From Orbicella franksi (Eukaryota): 64,000 bases of DNA. The stretch is from contig OZ116699.1 in assembly GCA_964199315.1 (NCBI GenBank), positions 30,380,001-30,444,000 on the forward strand. Reading direction: 5' to 3'. Numbering within the stretch: position 1 is the first letter of the stretch; each line of letters begins with the position of its first letter. This document shows positions 35,684 to 47,931 of the stretch, piece after piece. A program made the translations under genes and the position numbers. Below the pieces are notes generated by a model. It was not told where the DNA came from, did no database searches, and saw nothing but the letters and a program-made list of their open reading frames with translations.

Positions 35684-37557
35684 ATTGCTTTTTATCATAA
35701 CCACATTTATTTATCTACTTCTTTCCTTTACTCAGCTTTCATGAGAACCATATTGTAAAGTAGATACGATCCCGAGTCTGATTTAAGGTCCAGTTCCGTC
35801 AGCTTGAACTGGACTGCCACAGAGAGGAGCGTGGGTCTAGTAGCGAGCATTGAGCCGCTCATCCTTTACCTCATTTCCTTGGTTACAGCTAGACTTTCAC
35901 AAGTGCATGTAACCCGAAAAGCCCATTAATATAATCTTATTATGGGGTCGCAATCCGTTTTTTGGAGATAATGCGATTTACAAGCATTAACTGACCCACC
36001 CGACTCATCTTAATGCCGCAAAAGTTGTGCATGATATTAAACAATTAGTTTATGAGCTCGAGATTTCTATCGCGTGATAGTTGACGAGGGCCGAGTCAAC
36101 TACTGACACATAGAAATCGAGAGCGAATATTAAATCTAATTGTTTTAGTATAAATCTACTAGTCGTTCAAAACTTTATCCAAATCTCTTCACAGGCACTT
36201 CGAAAACGCAAGGAAGAGGCCGCCCGTTTGCTAAACAACCGTACACTGTTGACCTGCGCACTATCTTCAACAGAATAGATAGCGAGCAGCTTTGCCAATC
36301 AGAGAACGGCATCGTGACGAAACGCTGGTAGATTTAGATATTGTAACGCAAGAATCATCCAAAAAGAAAACTGAATGTGAAGCAATTTAGGTCTATTTGT
36401 TGGATCAATTTTCATTACTTGATCGTAAAAGAACGATGGTAGTATAAAAACAGCACAAAAATCGGGGGTTGATGATGGGCTGATATTTTAACCGACATCT
36501 GATCGCTGGGCGACATCTGACAAAGATACTCAACACACACTTTACACACCTTGATATCGGTATCGTTTTAGACGCTTAGCATACATTGGCAGAAGTCTGA
36601 AAAGCGGCAACAAATGTTGATGAAGTTGAAATATATATTGCTTCAGTTCATGTTCTGTGTTGTTTACGGTTTGAATGTTAATCAACAAACACAGCAGTTT
36701 TAAGATTATTTTGTTCCTGATCTCTCACGATCTTACAAACGTTACTGTGACTCAACTACGTCAGTAGCTCATGGACAACGTCAACTTTAAACGGGATAGA
36801 TTCTTTGGTCAGTGATATTGTTTTTTCTGTTTGCTTTAAAAAACATTCCTGTGAGTGTTTTTAAACTACGCCCACGGGGTATAAAGAATACCCCACAGTA
36901 CGAGTCAATAGAGCAATGTGTTCGTCTTCTTCCAATTGACTCTACTCTTACTAAATTCTAACGGTATTGTTTTGAAATTCATTCTCAGAAGTGTCTCGAT
37001 TCTTTGTATAAATTGTATTAGTTCTTTTCACGGATCATTGATCGTGAGTAAGGCGGAATTTCAGAGTAACCTCTTGATCCCAATGCATGAATTATACATC
37101 AAAGCGTATATAATTTATCCCCTGACAACTATGAAGTTCATGCTTAAGCCAAAAAACAGATCGTCATTTACGAGTTGCTGAATAATAGACTGATAATGAC
37201 GTTAAGAACACTGCGCGTAGATGCGCGGCGCTCTAACAGTAATTAACAACAATTCGTTCCCTCCAAATGTGGGTCCGTTGGCATCACAACATATGGACAT
37301 GTAAATTTGGCGCGAATTTTCCGCTTTGGAGCCAAATTCTTTTTATCGTTCCTGCCAATCAAGCTTAAGTTGCCATGGGGAACAATGAGTTAATAATTAT
37401 GCGTGGTGAAAAAGTGAAAAAACATTAAAAGTTCGTTCATAAGCACATCGCAACCGATAATTTAGTGGTCGCGCAACGGATCGGTCAGTTAAAAGTTGCA
37501 AGCACGCGTCGAATGTTGTAAAGAAATGAGAGAAATGGATCAAAATATTGCTCAAAG

Positions 37558-40500
37558 ATGATTGCCTACAGTGTCCAACAATACACTTCTCAGGATAACA
37601 CAGGCGAGTAATATTAGTTGGGCTTTGTATTCGATTTTCCCTAATAACACGAGGGCCGAGAACTTAACAAAGCAGGTTTTTGTTCTGTATCATCCGCAAG
37701 CAGTGATGATGATTCACTCATGGGCCTGACACGAAGATCGACGCCTAACCCCCTTGCTCCAGGGTTCTTAAATTAATTGTAAAATCCACAGTGTATTTTA
37801 AGATCGAAGGTTTGAACGGTGTGGCGGAATAGCCAACGGTTTGATGAATTGAGCTGTTTATGTTAAGCTTATCTCTAATGGAAAACTTGGAGATGAACAC
37901 TTGATTAACTTCTGCCCTGCTGCACCCAAAAGCACAGAAATGAATCTCTTATTGCTGCAAAAAAAGCCGAGCGTGTGAAATGTAGTTCGTTTGGAAAATC
38001 GTTTGTTTCATTTCCACCGGAAGCAGTCAACCTTGAAGTGGCTTTGTGCGTTTAAATGGCTTTACTGTCGTTCTTTCTTCAAAGCTAACGAGCGATAAAG
38101 ACAAAAAGAATTCTAATATTTTGACCGTTTTTAACAGATAATAACCACTACACCTTTAGGAAATTAACGTTTTTGGAAACATAATTTTTCGGTCAAATAA
38201 ACAACAAATTCAAAATATAATTGTAAAAAGAAAATGTTTAGTTTGTGTTTTTCCATATCAAATAACCAACAACATAACGCTCTCTCTGTCACTTTCTATT
38301 CCACAGTTGTTTACGGCCCTAACATTGTAGCTGTTATTGCCAGCATTGTTTCTCTCGCAAGTATAGTAGTGTTGTGTAGCTGGTGTTACAAATGTTGGAA
38401 GGGGTCAGAAGACGACAAAGAAAGCACTGGAAGTGGTGATTACGATTCGTCCTCGGACTCTCAACTGTATGGCGTTCCCGGACACAAATACCGTGCATTT
38501 GCCAGATATTCATCGCTGTCAGACGTGTCACCGCCTGAAAAAAGGCTCGAATCACCCATACTCGGTCATCAGAAAAAATCTTTGAAATTTTCTCAGCCCC
38601 CTCCACAAGAGTACGACGTCCAAGCGCCCCAGCCCGATGTTTCCAATATCGTGATTCCTCCCGAACCACCCTTGATCGAAACGTCTTCTAAAGAGGACCT
38701 TGGAAAGCTTTACTTCTCAATTACCTACGATTCCCAAGAAATCGTTCTCTCGTTGAAAATTATTAAAGCTTCTGGACTACCCGCCAAAGATTTTAGCGGA
38801 ACCAGCGACCCCTTTGTAAAAATTCTGCTTCTTCCAGACAAGAAACACAAAATGGAAACTCGAATCAAAAGGAAAAATCTAAACCCGACTTGGAACGAAG
38901 TTTTTAGATTCGAAGGATTCACACACAGCAAGTTATTGAGTCGAACGTTGTATCTTCAAGTACTGGACTACGATCGTTTTTCACGAAACGATCCGATTGG
39001 AGAAATCGAAATCCCACTCAGCGATATTGATTTGGGGCCCATGACTCTCACATTTTGCAAGGACCTACAGCCCTGTAAACGCCAGGTATGGTTTGTTGTA
39101 AACTTTTTTTTTTGGTTTACTAATTAAAAATTGTTGTTTCGTGCACCAAAATATTCCCTTATCTTGTAGCTCTTGAAGATGCTGGTTGTGGTGCCACGCA
39201 ATATTTTGGCGTGGCTTCTTTAAAATGGAAAGTTATGAAAACATCTCAGTGGCGCCTCGCGTGAACGGCTTAATAAATTTTTCAGAAATGTTTTTTTTTT
39301 TTTTTTTTTTTTTTTGAACTTTTCTTGTGTTAAATCCTTTTAACTTGACAATACAATACTCTCGCGAGCAGGGTCCAAGAAACAATAATTATTATTGTGG
39401 CAGATGGATGTCTTATCAATAAATACCGTACTTACAGTAATAAAGTTCTATGAATACTAATATTCTGATATTCAAGGGATAGTAGACAACATGCCGAGCG
39501 CAGACTGCTGTATGATTAGAAAAGAAAAACTAGATGTCTGTAAAAAATATGACAGTAATAAAAAAAATAGCATCCCTTGAGAGAGTTTTTTTTCAAGACA
39601 AACCTTTTGGTGAAAAAAAAACAAATAAATAATTTAAAGAGTACAACTGCCCCCCTCTGTTACATGAACAACTTTAATTTATTCTTTTCAATTACAGTCT
39701 GATATCTGGTTTTTTTTTTTTTACTTTTAATTTTTTTTACTGTGTCTGTGATGTACATAAAGGACACTTTCAGAATTTAAGCTGATACCTTTGAATAGAA
39801 GCTAAGAGCATAATGAAATTTGATACTCTTTATCCCTTCGTAGAGAGCCTCTGAAATTTAAGGTTGTGTAAATTTTAAGATTGGAATACCTCTTAAGTTC
39901 AATGTATTTTTTTATTGTATTTCATGGTTTCTGAATATTTTTAGCTGAAGAAGAATGAGTAATCATAATAAATGCATTTAAAGATGGCACTAATAGAAAC
40001 TTAATTCAGCATTGAATGTGGAAAGTGTTTTATTTTTGATCTCTTCACCTCAAAGTAATTATCATTCCTTTTTCATTATATAAGAATTAAAACCCTAGTA
40101 ATGAAAAATTACATTTGATGTTTTGGAGGAACACTGAGGAAAATACATCAAATAGATTGTAATCAGTATTGGATAGAAATTAAATGCTCACAAATAAATA
40201 AAAATATTTTATTGCTAGATCTTACAGATGTTAAGTTCATCTGCATCCCACATTAAAAGCAGAATTACAGTTTGCCAATAAAATGTGGGATTCAAACTCC
40301 CACATTAGCTCTTTATCGACATTATCTGGCTATCAGTTGTCACTGGCCTGTTCAAGACATTTATTATAAGCTGGTTCCAGTTTTCCTACATCATGTTTCC
40401 TACTTGCTGATTATTCTGGAGACACTTAAAGGTCATAAGAGTCTTTTTGTTACATTGACTAACTTCAGTTTTTTTTGTTAAGAATTCATTGATGCATTTG

Positions 40501-43500
40501 CCTAAAGAGCAAAAAATGATTTCAAGCATTTTGATAACCTTTTTTCGATGTTTATGGAATAACGCAAAGCATGTCACATCGTCATAATGCAGTTCCTATC
40601 GGTTTTAAAATAATAGGAGATTCTGCCTTTTAAAATGTAAATCATCGACACGTAGGTATATTGTAAATTGACAACAAAAAACCAAAGTATTGATCTAAGG
40701 AGACAAATGGTTTGAGAAAGTTAAGAGTAACATTAACAAGGACACAGATGAATTTGTTAACAAAGAAATTTTATTTATACAAAAAATCCACTGAAGGGAA
40801 AGTGTTTTGTTTTTGTCATTTCACTCCTTTTAAGTGCCAATTCTGACTGTTTCCTCATAAAATCTTTATTTGCTTTATTGATGGAAGGAGCTAAGTACAC
40901 AGAAAAGATAATTTAAAGTGATTAAGATTTAATTAAAATGTTTTAGGCTTGAGTTGGTTTCCTAGCAATTTGTGAAAACTCCCACAATATTGTCCTTTCT
41001 GGAGATTATGTCTGCTCTCCAAAATAAAATCACAAAAACTGATATCAGAAGAAAATGATTTAGGCAGAGCTTAATAACAATCACAAGTTGTTGCAAAGTG
41101 TATACAAATTCAAATTGTAGCAACTTAATAGAATGAAAGCAAACTTTTATCACTTGCATCACAAATAAAATGTATGTATGTATGTATATGTATGTAATGA
41201 TGCGACATAATAAAAATTATTATATACAAAAGAGGCTTCACTGGATTTTAGTTATAAGCCCTGCTTTTAACACACAATTTAACTTATTCTCCTAAACAAA
41301 TGCATACACGTTTCACAATACTGTTGAACACCTTCAGAAAAACAGACACCTATATCACAGACAAGTACACTTAATCCCAGAGAAAATAGAATTCATAAAT
41401 CTCCACAGACACAGACACCTCCAGGATATGGACACCCAGTTCTGCCCCTTTGGTTTGACTGCAGTATTCCGGAAAAATTAATTTGACTGGATTATTCTCT
41501 GTTCAACAGGAACACTTGGGTGACCTCCTAATCTCGATGATGTACCAACCAACAAACAACAGAATTGTAGTAGTAGTCATGAAAGCCACAAAGCTAAAGA
41601 AGATGGATGTCATTGGATCTTGTGGTAAGAAAACAATATTAATCCTGGTAACTTATCCTTGAAGTGTACATTACTCTAAAATGCAGATATCATGTACATA
41701 CAGGTTGGATCACTCCCTATCTTTATCTGTTTATTAGGTATGTGGTGCCAAAAGGTAGGGTTTTTCAGCCACCTTGGTCATACAGAGATTATAGGATATA
41801 TCCATTGTGAGGTGAAAGGGGTATAACTTTTTGGGTCAGATCTGACGTGGGGTATTAAAAATTCCATATTTAGGTGGTTAATACATCAAGAAGTGGGCTG
41901 CGCAGTCTCCAAAAACATTTAGGCCACAATTTTGATATCCCCATCTCTGTTAAATTGTCTCAATTTTAATGCTCTTGAACTTCTGTCAATAGGAGAAGCT
42001 TTGCTGATGTCATTTTTCCTCACAATTTAACATACAACTTTGTGCAGAGAAGGCACCACGCTAGACAGGAATTGACAACAAACATTTTACGAGCTTGTGA
42101 AACCTAGTAATTGATGAAATTTTTGGCTCTTTGAGTGTAATATTCAAGGAAATATTGGCTTTCAAACACTGGAAAAAATTCTGAGAGGCAAAAGTGCTAA
42201 TGAGCTCAGACATTCGTTCTAAAATTGTGAGTTTTTAACCCTGGGTCACACAAAAAGTATTCAATACATTAGGCTCAAATTCCTTGGGACAGTTAACTAC
42301 TTGCTTCATGGCAGAAAAAAATGTTGGCCTGCAGTACTTTTAGGGAGATATTCAGTATTTTATGAAAGCTGGGGTGGGATGAGGGGGGTTAGGTAAGGTT
42401 AAGTCTGCATACAAGCCAAGTGGCCCATCAGGCTGGATCTTATCCCAGTTTCTGTAGCATGAAGTGACTAGGAGTATTTCTACTCCCCCCTGGATGGGAT
42501 TCTTGTGCATCTCAGGGTTACCCCCAGCACTAAGTTCGCCAGTAACCATTTATACACCTGGGTGGAGAGTGGCACTGTGAGAGTAAAGTGTCTTGCCCAA
42601 GAACACAACACAATGTCCCCGTCCAGGGCTTGAACCCGGACTGCTCGATCCAGAGACGAGCGCACTAACAATGAGGCCACCACGCCTCTCACTGGGATGA
42701 GGGGGGTTGGAGTACCCTAATCCCCGGACTGAATAGTTAAAGTCTGCATGCGAGCCAAGTGGCCCATCAGGCCAGAACTTACCCCGGTTTCTGTAGCATG
42801 AAGCGACTAGGAGTATTTCTACTCCCCCCTGGATGGGATGCTAGTCCATCACAGGGTTACCCCCAGCATTAAGTTTGCCGTTACCCATTTATACACCTGG
42901 GTGGAGAGAGGCACTGTGAGAGTAAAGTGTCTTGCCCAAGAACACAACACAATGTTCCCGGCCAGGGCTCGAACCCAGACCGCTTGATCTGGAGACGAGT
43001 GCACTAACCATGAGGCCACCGCTGAATAGACTGTAGTGCATATTGGCGCGGAGTTGAGGTCAAGGTGGGAAAAAATACAGGCAATGTAAGAAAATGTCCA
43101 CCTCAGCTTTTTTCTCGTGTTATTGTTTGTATACACTGAGTGTACAAGACTGTCCAAGCAACATCCCCTTTTAATCCTGAATTCTATTCTATTATTTTCT
43201 ATGGAACATAAACCAAACCCATGTGATTCAGTTTACACTTCTAATAAATAAATAAATAATCTTTGGTATTTTAGACATGAAATAGGTAGGGCACAGGAAT
43301 GGCATCCTTTTCTTACAATTTTTGAAACACTTCAAGTGGAAATTTAATATGGTTTTGCTTTACCTTTTTGGTGTTTCATAATAATTAACTTTTAATTAAT
43401 TTTTTAGATCCATATGTCAAGATCTACTCTATGCATGGAGGAAAGAGACTAGACAAGAAGAAAACACCCATTAAGATGAGAACGAAGGAACCTGTGTGGA

Positions 43501-43715
43501 ATGAATCCTTCATATTTTATGTCCCAGTTGACAAACTAAGAGACATAACATTTGTTTTCACTGTGATGGACTACGACCGTATCACACAAAATGAAATGAT
43601 CGGTCAGGTTATCTTAGGATATCGCACTACTGGGAGTTCATTGCGACACTGGACTGAAATGATGGGCAACCCCAGGAAGCCTGTGGCCCAGTGGCATAGA
43701 CTTCAACTTTACTAG
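37558..43715 (+). CDS. SYT7: Synaptotagmin-7-like protein (~415 aa)
   Basis: join(37558..37603 [candidate, GC donor],38307..39085,41510..41624,43408..43715). An N-terminal TM with a Cys cluster (VLCSWCYKC) precedes C2[13 protein letters not shown]...[15 protein letters not shown], nearly identical to vertebrate Syt7 C2A, and C2B MDVIGSCDPYVK...[14 protein letters not shown]...RKPVAQWH. Phases are consistent throughout. Confidence 0.9.
42391..42692 (-). mobile_element. tRNA-derived SINE with CORE-like central domain; perfect 16-bp TSD
   Basis: Minus strand: A-box-like GGTGGCCTCATTGTTAG, B-box-like GGTTCAAGCCC, a MIR-CORE-like TTCTTGGGCAAGACACTTTACTCTC...ATAAATGG and a short repeat tail. TSD TGGGATGAGGGGGGTT at 42375-42390 and 42693-42708. 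Confidence 0.85.
42737..43022 (-). mobile_element. tRNA-derived SINE, second tandem copy
   Basis: Same family and orientation as 42391-42692, with B box GGTTCGAGCCC. Confidence 0.85.
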
Positions 43716-44562
43716 ACAAAAGCCAAAAAAGTATTAATTCTGTGGTGTAAAATATTATAATAATAATTCTACACTGCGTGTGTAATTTCACCTCCTACAT
43801 CTTTCGTCAGATTTCATCCACACCCAGACAAAGAATGAGTAATATTTAACTTCTCATCAAGTTTCATGTTACCACAAAGATTTACACATCAACACTAAAG
43901 TAACTGTAGTAACATAATATTCTTCTGATAATTGAGAATATCCACATGCAGGGCAGTTGACAGATTACTAGTAACCTCGAACAGGGTTCATGCAAGCCAT
44001 TTAATTTGATCTTTAAAATTTGAAGGCCTTGAAGGTATTTTATTCAAAGTGCATTTGTTTAAGTTTTGTTCTTAACATCTTTAACTTAACACTTATGGAT
44101 TTCATGTAGACAAGAGTTTCAATAATGGACTGTTTAAGACCTCTGATAGTGCATTCATGTAGTTTAAGCCTTCAATGTTCTTCCCAAAAAAGTATGAACC
44201 TTGAGCCTTATGCATGTTCTCTACAGACCTGTTTATTGTTCTCTGATCATTGAAGTCCATCCTGGCCAAAGGTCATTTGTTGGTACAAGGGAGGTAATTC
44301 AAGGTAGGCAATTCCCAGTTAAAGAGTTTCTCACTGTACATGTAGGTGGAGATAGTACACCACAAACATTACAAGATGTATAAAAATTTAAAAAGTGGTA
44401 TTTTCAATTATGATACTAATTTAAAAGACTTGAGTGCTCAGTGGTGAAATAAATTATATTGTTCATGGTTGTTCATTACAGTCATTGTGATTTATTTCCT
44501 TATGTCTTCACTCCCAAAGATCCCAACCCTGGCTATTAACCTGAAGGGTGTCAAGGTATTTA

Positions 44563-44820
44563 CCCTGGGGGGACCCCCATATAAAAAGGACAGGGGTGCT
44601 CCTTGGAAATTTTAAAAAGAAACTCAAAGAGGTACCAAGATCCTGTTTTGAGTGTGTGGCTTGAATTTTTTCACCCCTAGGAGTTACCAATTCTAAGACA
44701 ACGCAATATCTCCTGTCATATTGTTTGCACCTCAATACCCTAAAAGGTACCAAAACTGCTTTTTAACCCCTGAAAGGTACGACAAGCACCCCCGTCCTTT
44801 TATATGGAAGTTCCCCCAGG
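44563..44820. mobile_element. TIR MITE with 7-8 bp TSD (hAT-like)
   Basis: TIR cctgggg...atataaaaaggac.gggtgct and its inverse; (G)TATTTA(C) is duplicated on both flanks. Confidence 0.7.
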
Positions 44821-46003
44821 TATTTACTGCTTTAATGTGACAACTTGTTTTCTAAAATATGCATGTACTTTATGGGTGAATGTCAAATGGAACAAGTCAT
44901 ACATCTCTTGTTGTTGAACCAAATTTACTCTCCTTACTTGATATTCTTTACTAGATTGAAAATAAAGTACATCAAGATGGTAGCAGTAAATTTGGTTCAA
45001 CCACAACCAGTGTGTGGCTCAGAGCACTCATGGAATTCAGTCGTAAAGTAGATCACTTTCTGTTAATTGAGAGAATTTGACACATTGATTTTGATTGTCT
45101 GGGGTAGATGTAACCTTTGACACTTTAATAGAGCTTTTTAAATCTTGCATAAAAGCTAGCCATTCTTAACTGGAGCTTAAACTTTGTGTGGCATGTCACC
45201 GCGACACACATAATAAAAAGAGTGGAATTAATCTTTCTGCCTTCTATTTTTTATCAGCAGCCTAATTTTGATTCACCCTCAGCTAACAGAATTATATTTG
45301 AATGCTAATTCATGAATCCATAGTTTCAAGCTTTCAATGGTCAACATTCTAACCTGCTGCATATGATATTAAATTACCAAAAATACAACAAGACAAAATG
45401 AAACATGGAATATAATTAAATTAAGTTCACACCAATCAGGGGTAGATTTCTCCTACTTGGACAAACAGAAAGTCAACCTCAATGGTGCCACTTGTTCTTG
45501 AAAGCAAGCAATACAGTCAACATAAAGGAAAAACAATTGAAATGCAAGTAGCAGTTTTTACCATTCTGATGGCTTTTTATTTCACATCAGTTTGTTAATA
45601 AATACTACCTGTAACAAGCAACAATAACGCAGTTAACTTATCAAATACTCGTTTAGTCCTGATGTTTAACATAAACTCTTGAAACCACTACCAGTAACTG
45701 CATTTATTATTGCAGTAGCTACCACAATTAAATCCAGTATCAAAGTGCTTTATTTGTATGTACTCTCCTGACCTGTTAAAAACCCTGTTATTAATAAAGA
45801 TACTTTCCTGACCTGTCCTCTGAATTTGAAGAATTATAATTATACAAAATTCTCCTAACTTCCAATCAGCCTTAAAGGCAGCATTACTATTGGCCATTAA
45901 TTTCTTCTTTTGGTAATTATTATCAAAAGAAGAAATTGATGGCTGATCGTAATGCTGCTAAGGCTTATAGGAAGTAGACAGAATTTTACAACAAAGAGTA
46001 CAT

Positions 46004-46194
46004 TGTGCAGTACCAGAAAATATCCATACTCTCCCCACAGAAGGGATTGGAATTTCCTTGGGGCTGGGGGGTTCTTTAAGTCCAAAAAATTTAAAGGAAT
46101 GTAACAACTTTAATTGGAATTTCCAGAGGGGTTGGGGGGTCTTGGAAAAAATCCCTTCTGTGGGGGAGGTATGGATATTTTCTGGAACTACACA
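46004..46194. repeat. TIR MITE
   Basis: TGTGCAGTACCAGAAAATATCCATAC ... GTATGGATATTTTCTGGAACTACACA. Confidence 0.8.
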
Positions 46195-47931
46195 TTTGAC
46201 ATTAGTTATAACCATTACTACTCTAGTAGTGACATGAAGTCCAGTCACAAAATAAGTTTGATTTATGAGTTCAAATGCAGAGTTCCAAAATTTCAAATTT
46301 TTTTTAAAAAAAAGTAAACATGCCCACTTGAAACATTTTCATAACTTACACAGTGATAACTTGGAAACAAGCTTTGTAACCCCAGTATTTTATTACTGAA
46401 AGAACTACAGTAGATTTATAAGGGGTTCAATGCCACCTTAAATTTTCAACGTCTAAAATACACACACTACATGTACAGGTCATTGACCTTAGTCACGGAT
46501 CCACATTTGCCTCAAGCAGCAGCTCCTTTGCCCTTCTAGGACTTTTCTTGCACATAACATGGGTGGGCATTTCAGTGACGTCCAGCCATTTTGGTTGGAC
46601 ACAGTCGTGCAAGACGTTTGCTGCAGTTATTTCACACAATCATACACTTTTTGCATTCTTTAGTGCTTGTAAAATTGCTTATCAGAGCCTGCTTTCAGTT
46701 AAGCCTGTTTTAAGACTTTTATGTTTAACAACCAAGTAAAAATAATACCCTTGACACTTGTGTGTGCTGAGGCAAGGGAAGCTATGAAACACATACGCTC
46801 AACTTCCTCTGTAATGTACGAGAAGTCTCTGTTGCACTTTCATCTAGTTTAGACATTTTTCTTTAGTGCAGACACTGTTCAGATTAATGGGGGAGGCAGT
46901 CCGAGCTGTTCTTGAACATGTCATCTCCATAAGGGGTTGACTAAGCAAACAATAACTTATGCTGAATGTTTACCAGTTATCCGTTCACTTAATATCCACA
47001 TAAACCCAGCCATATGTAGCTGGTGGTGTATATATTAAAATATGTTGTCTACAAAAAATACATTATCTGGCATGCGTCCAGTCATGGCAACCATACTTAA
47101 AGCCAAGGTACCAAATTTAATTACTTTTCCTTATCAAATGACAGGTGACTTAAACTGGATGCTGACTGCAAGAATTAACATTGACTAATCCCAACTGGGT
47201 ATTGAACTTCAATATTAATTATTATTTTCTTGCAGATTATTTAAAATTCTCAAATATATTTTTCTACAAAATAAGTTGTTACTGTTTCTTTTTTTCTCAG
47301 AAACAGCATAATGTAAGCTTCACATTGACATACAAAATAGTACAATGTAAGTTACATACATGTATCAACTAAAAATAAAATAAAAAGTTAAACTTCATGA
47401 CACTTCCAAGAAATGTTAACATCATTGAAAATATTGAAATATTGCGATTTTTTAACAATTGCCCATTTTAAGAACATTTATATAGATTAGCTTCGAGCTA
47501 ATACAAACTTTCTCACACCCAGCTAACATTTCAATTAAGTCGTGTAGATGTACACATGTAGACCCCAGACAGCCTAGCTGAGTTGCCCTTAAAGCTTTAC
47601 ATGCAAAGCAAAGTTTGCACTGACAAAATCATGCAGTTAGATTGTCTTCTGAATGAGGGTGTACACCCCTCACCAGGGCTGTCATTAAGTTTTGATTCAC
47701 CCATAGCCTTGATGTTCACACCCATAACAAAATTGTTAATTTTGGGGTGAATTGTACCAATGACAGGCAAGTTTACCCATAACAACAAGGGCCCAGAAAA
47801 CAAACTCAGTCATACCAGGTGTTACAGGTTAAATAATTATTATTGGCTGTTATTGAGAGCCCTGCTCACTATGATTCTGCCATCATAAATCACTCATCAG
47901 ATCTATAGCTTGGCAAATTGCACAGAATTTG

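Noticed and set aside
44080-46950. Exon-like minus-strand pieces between SYT7 and the 7TM gene (MSKLDESATETSRTLQRKLS; MDFNDQRTINRS...)
   Set aside because: I could not chain them into a phase-consistent ORF. A gene here is not excluded, and RNA-seq would decide.
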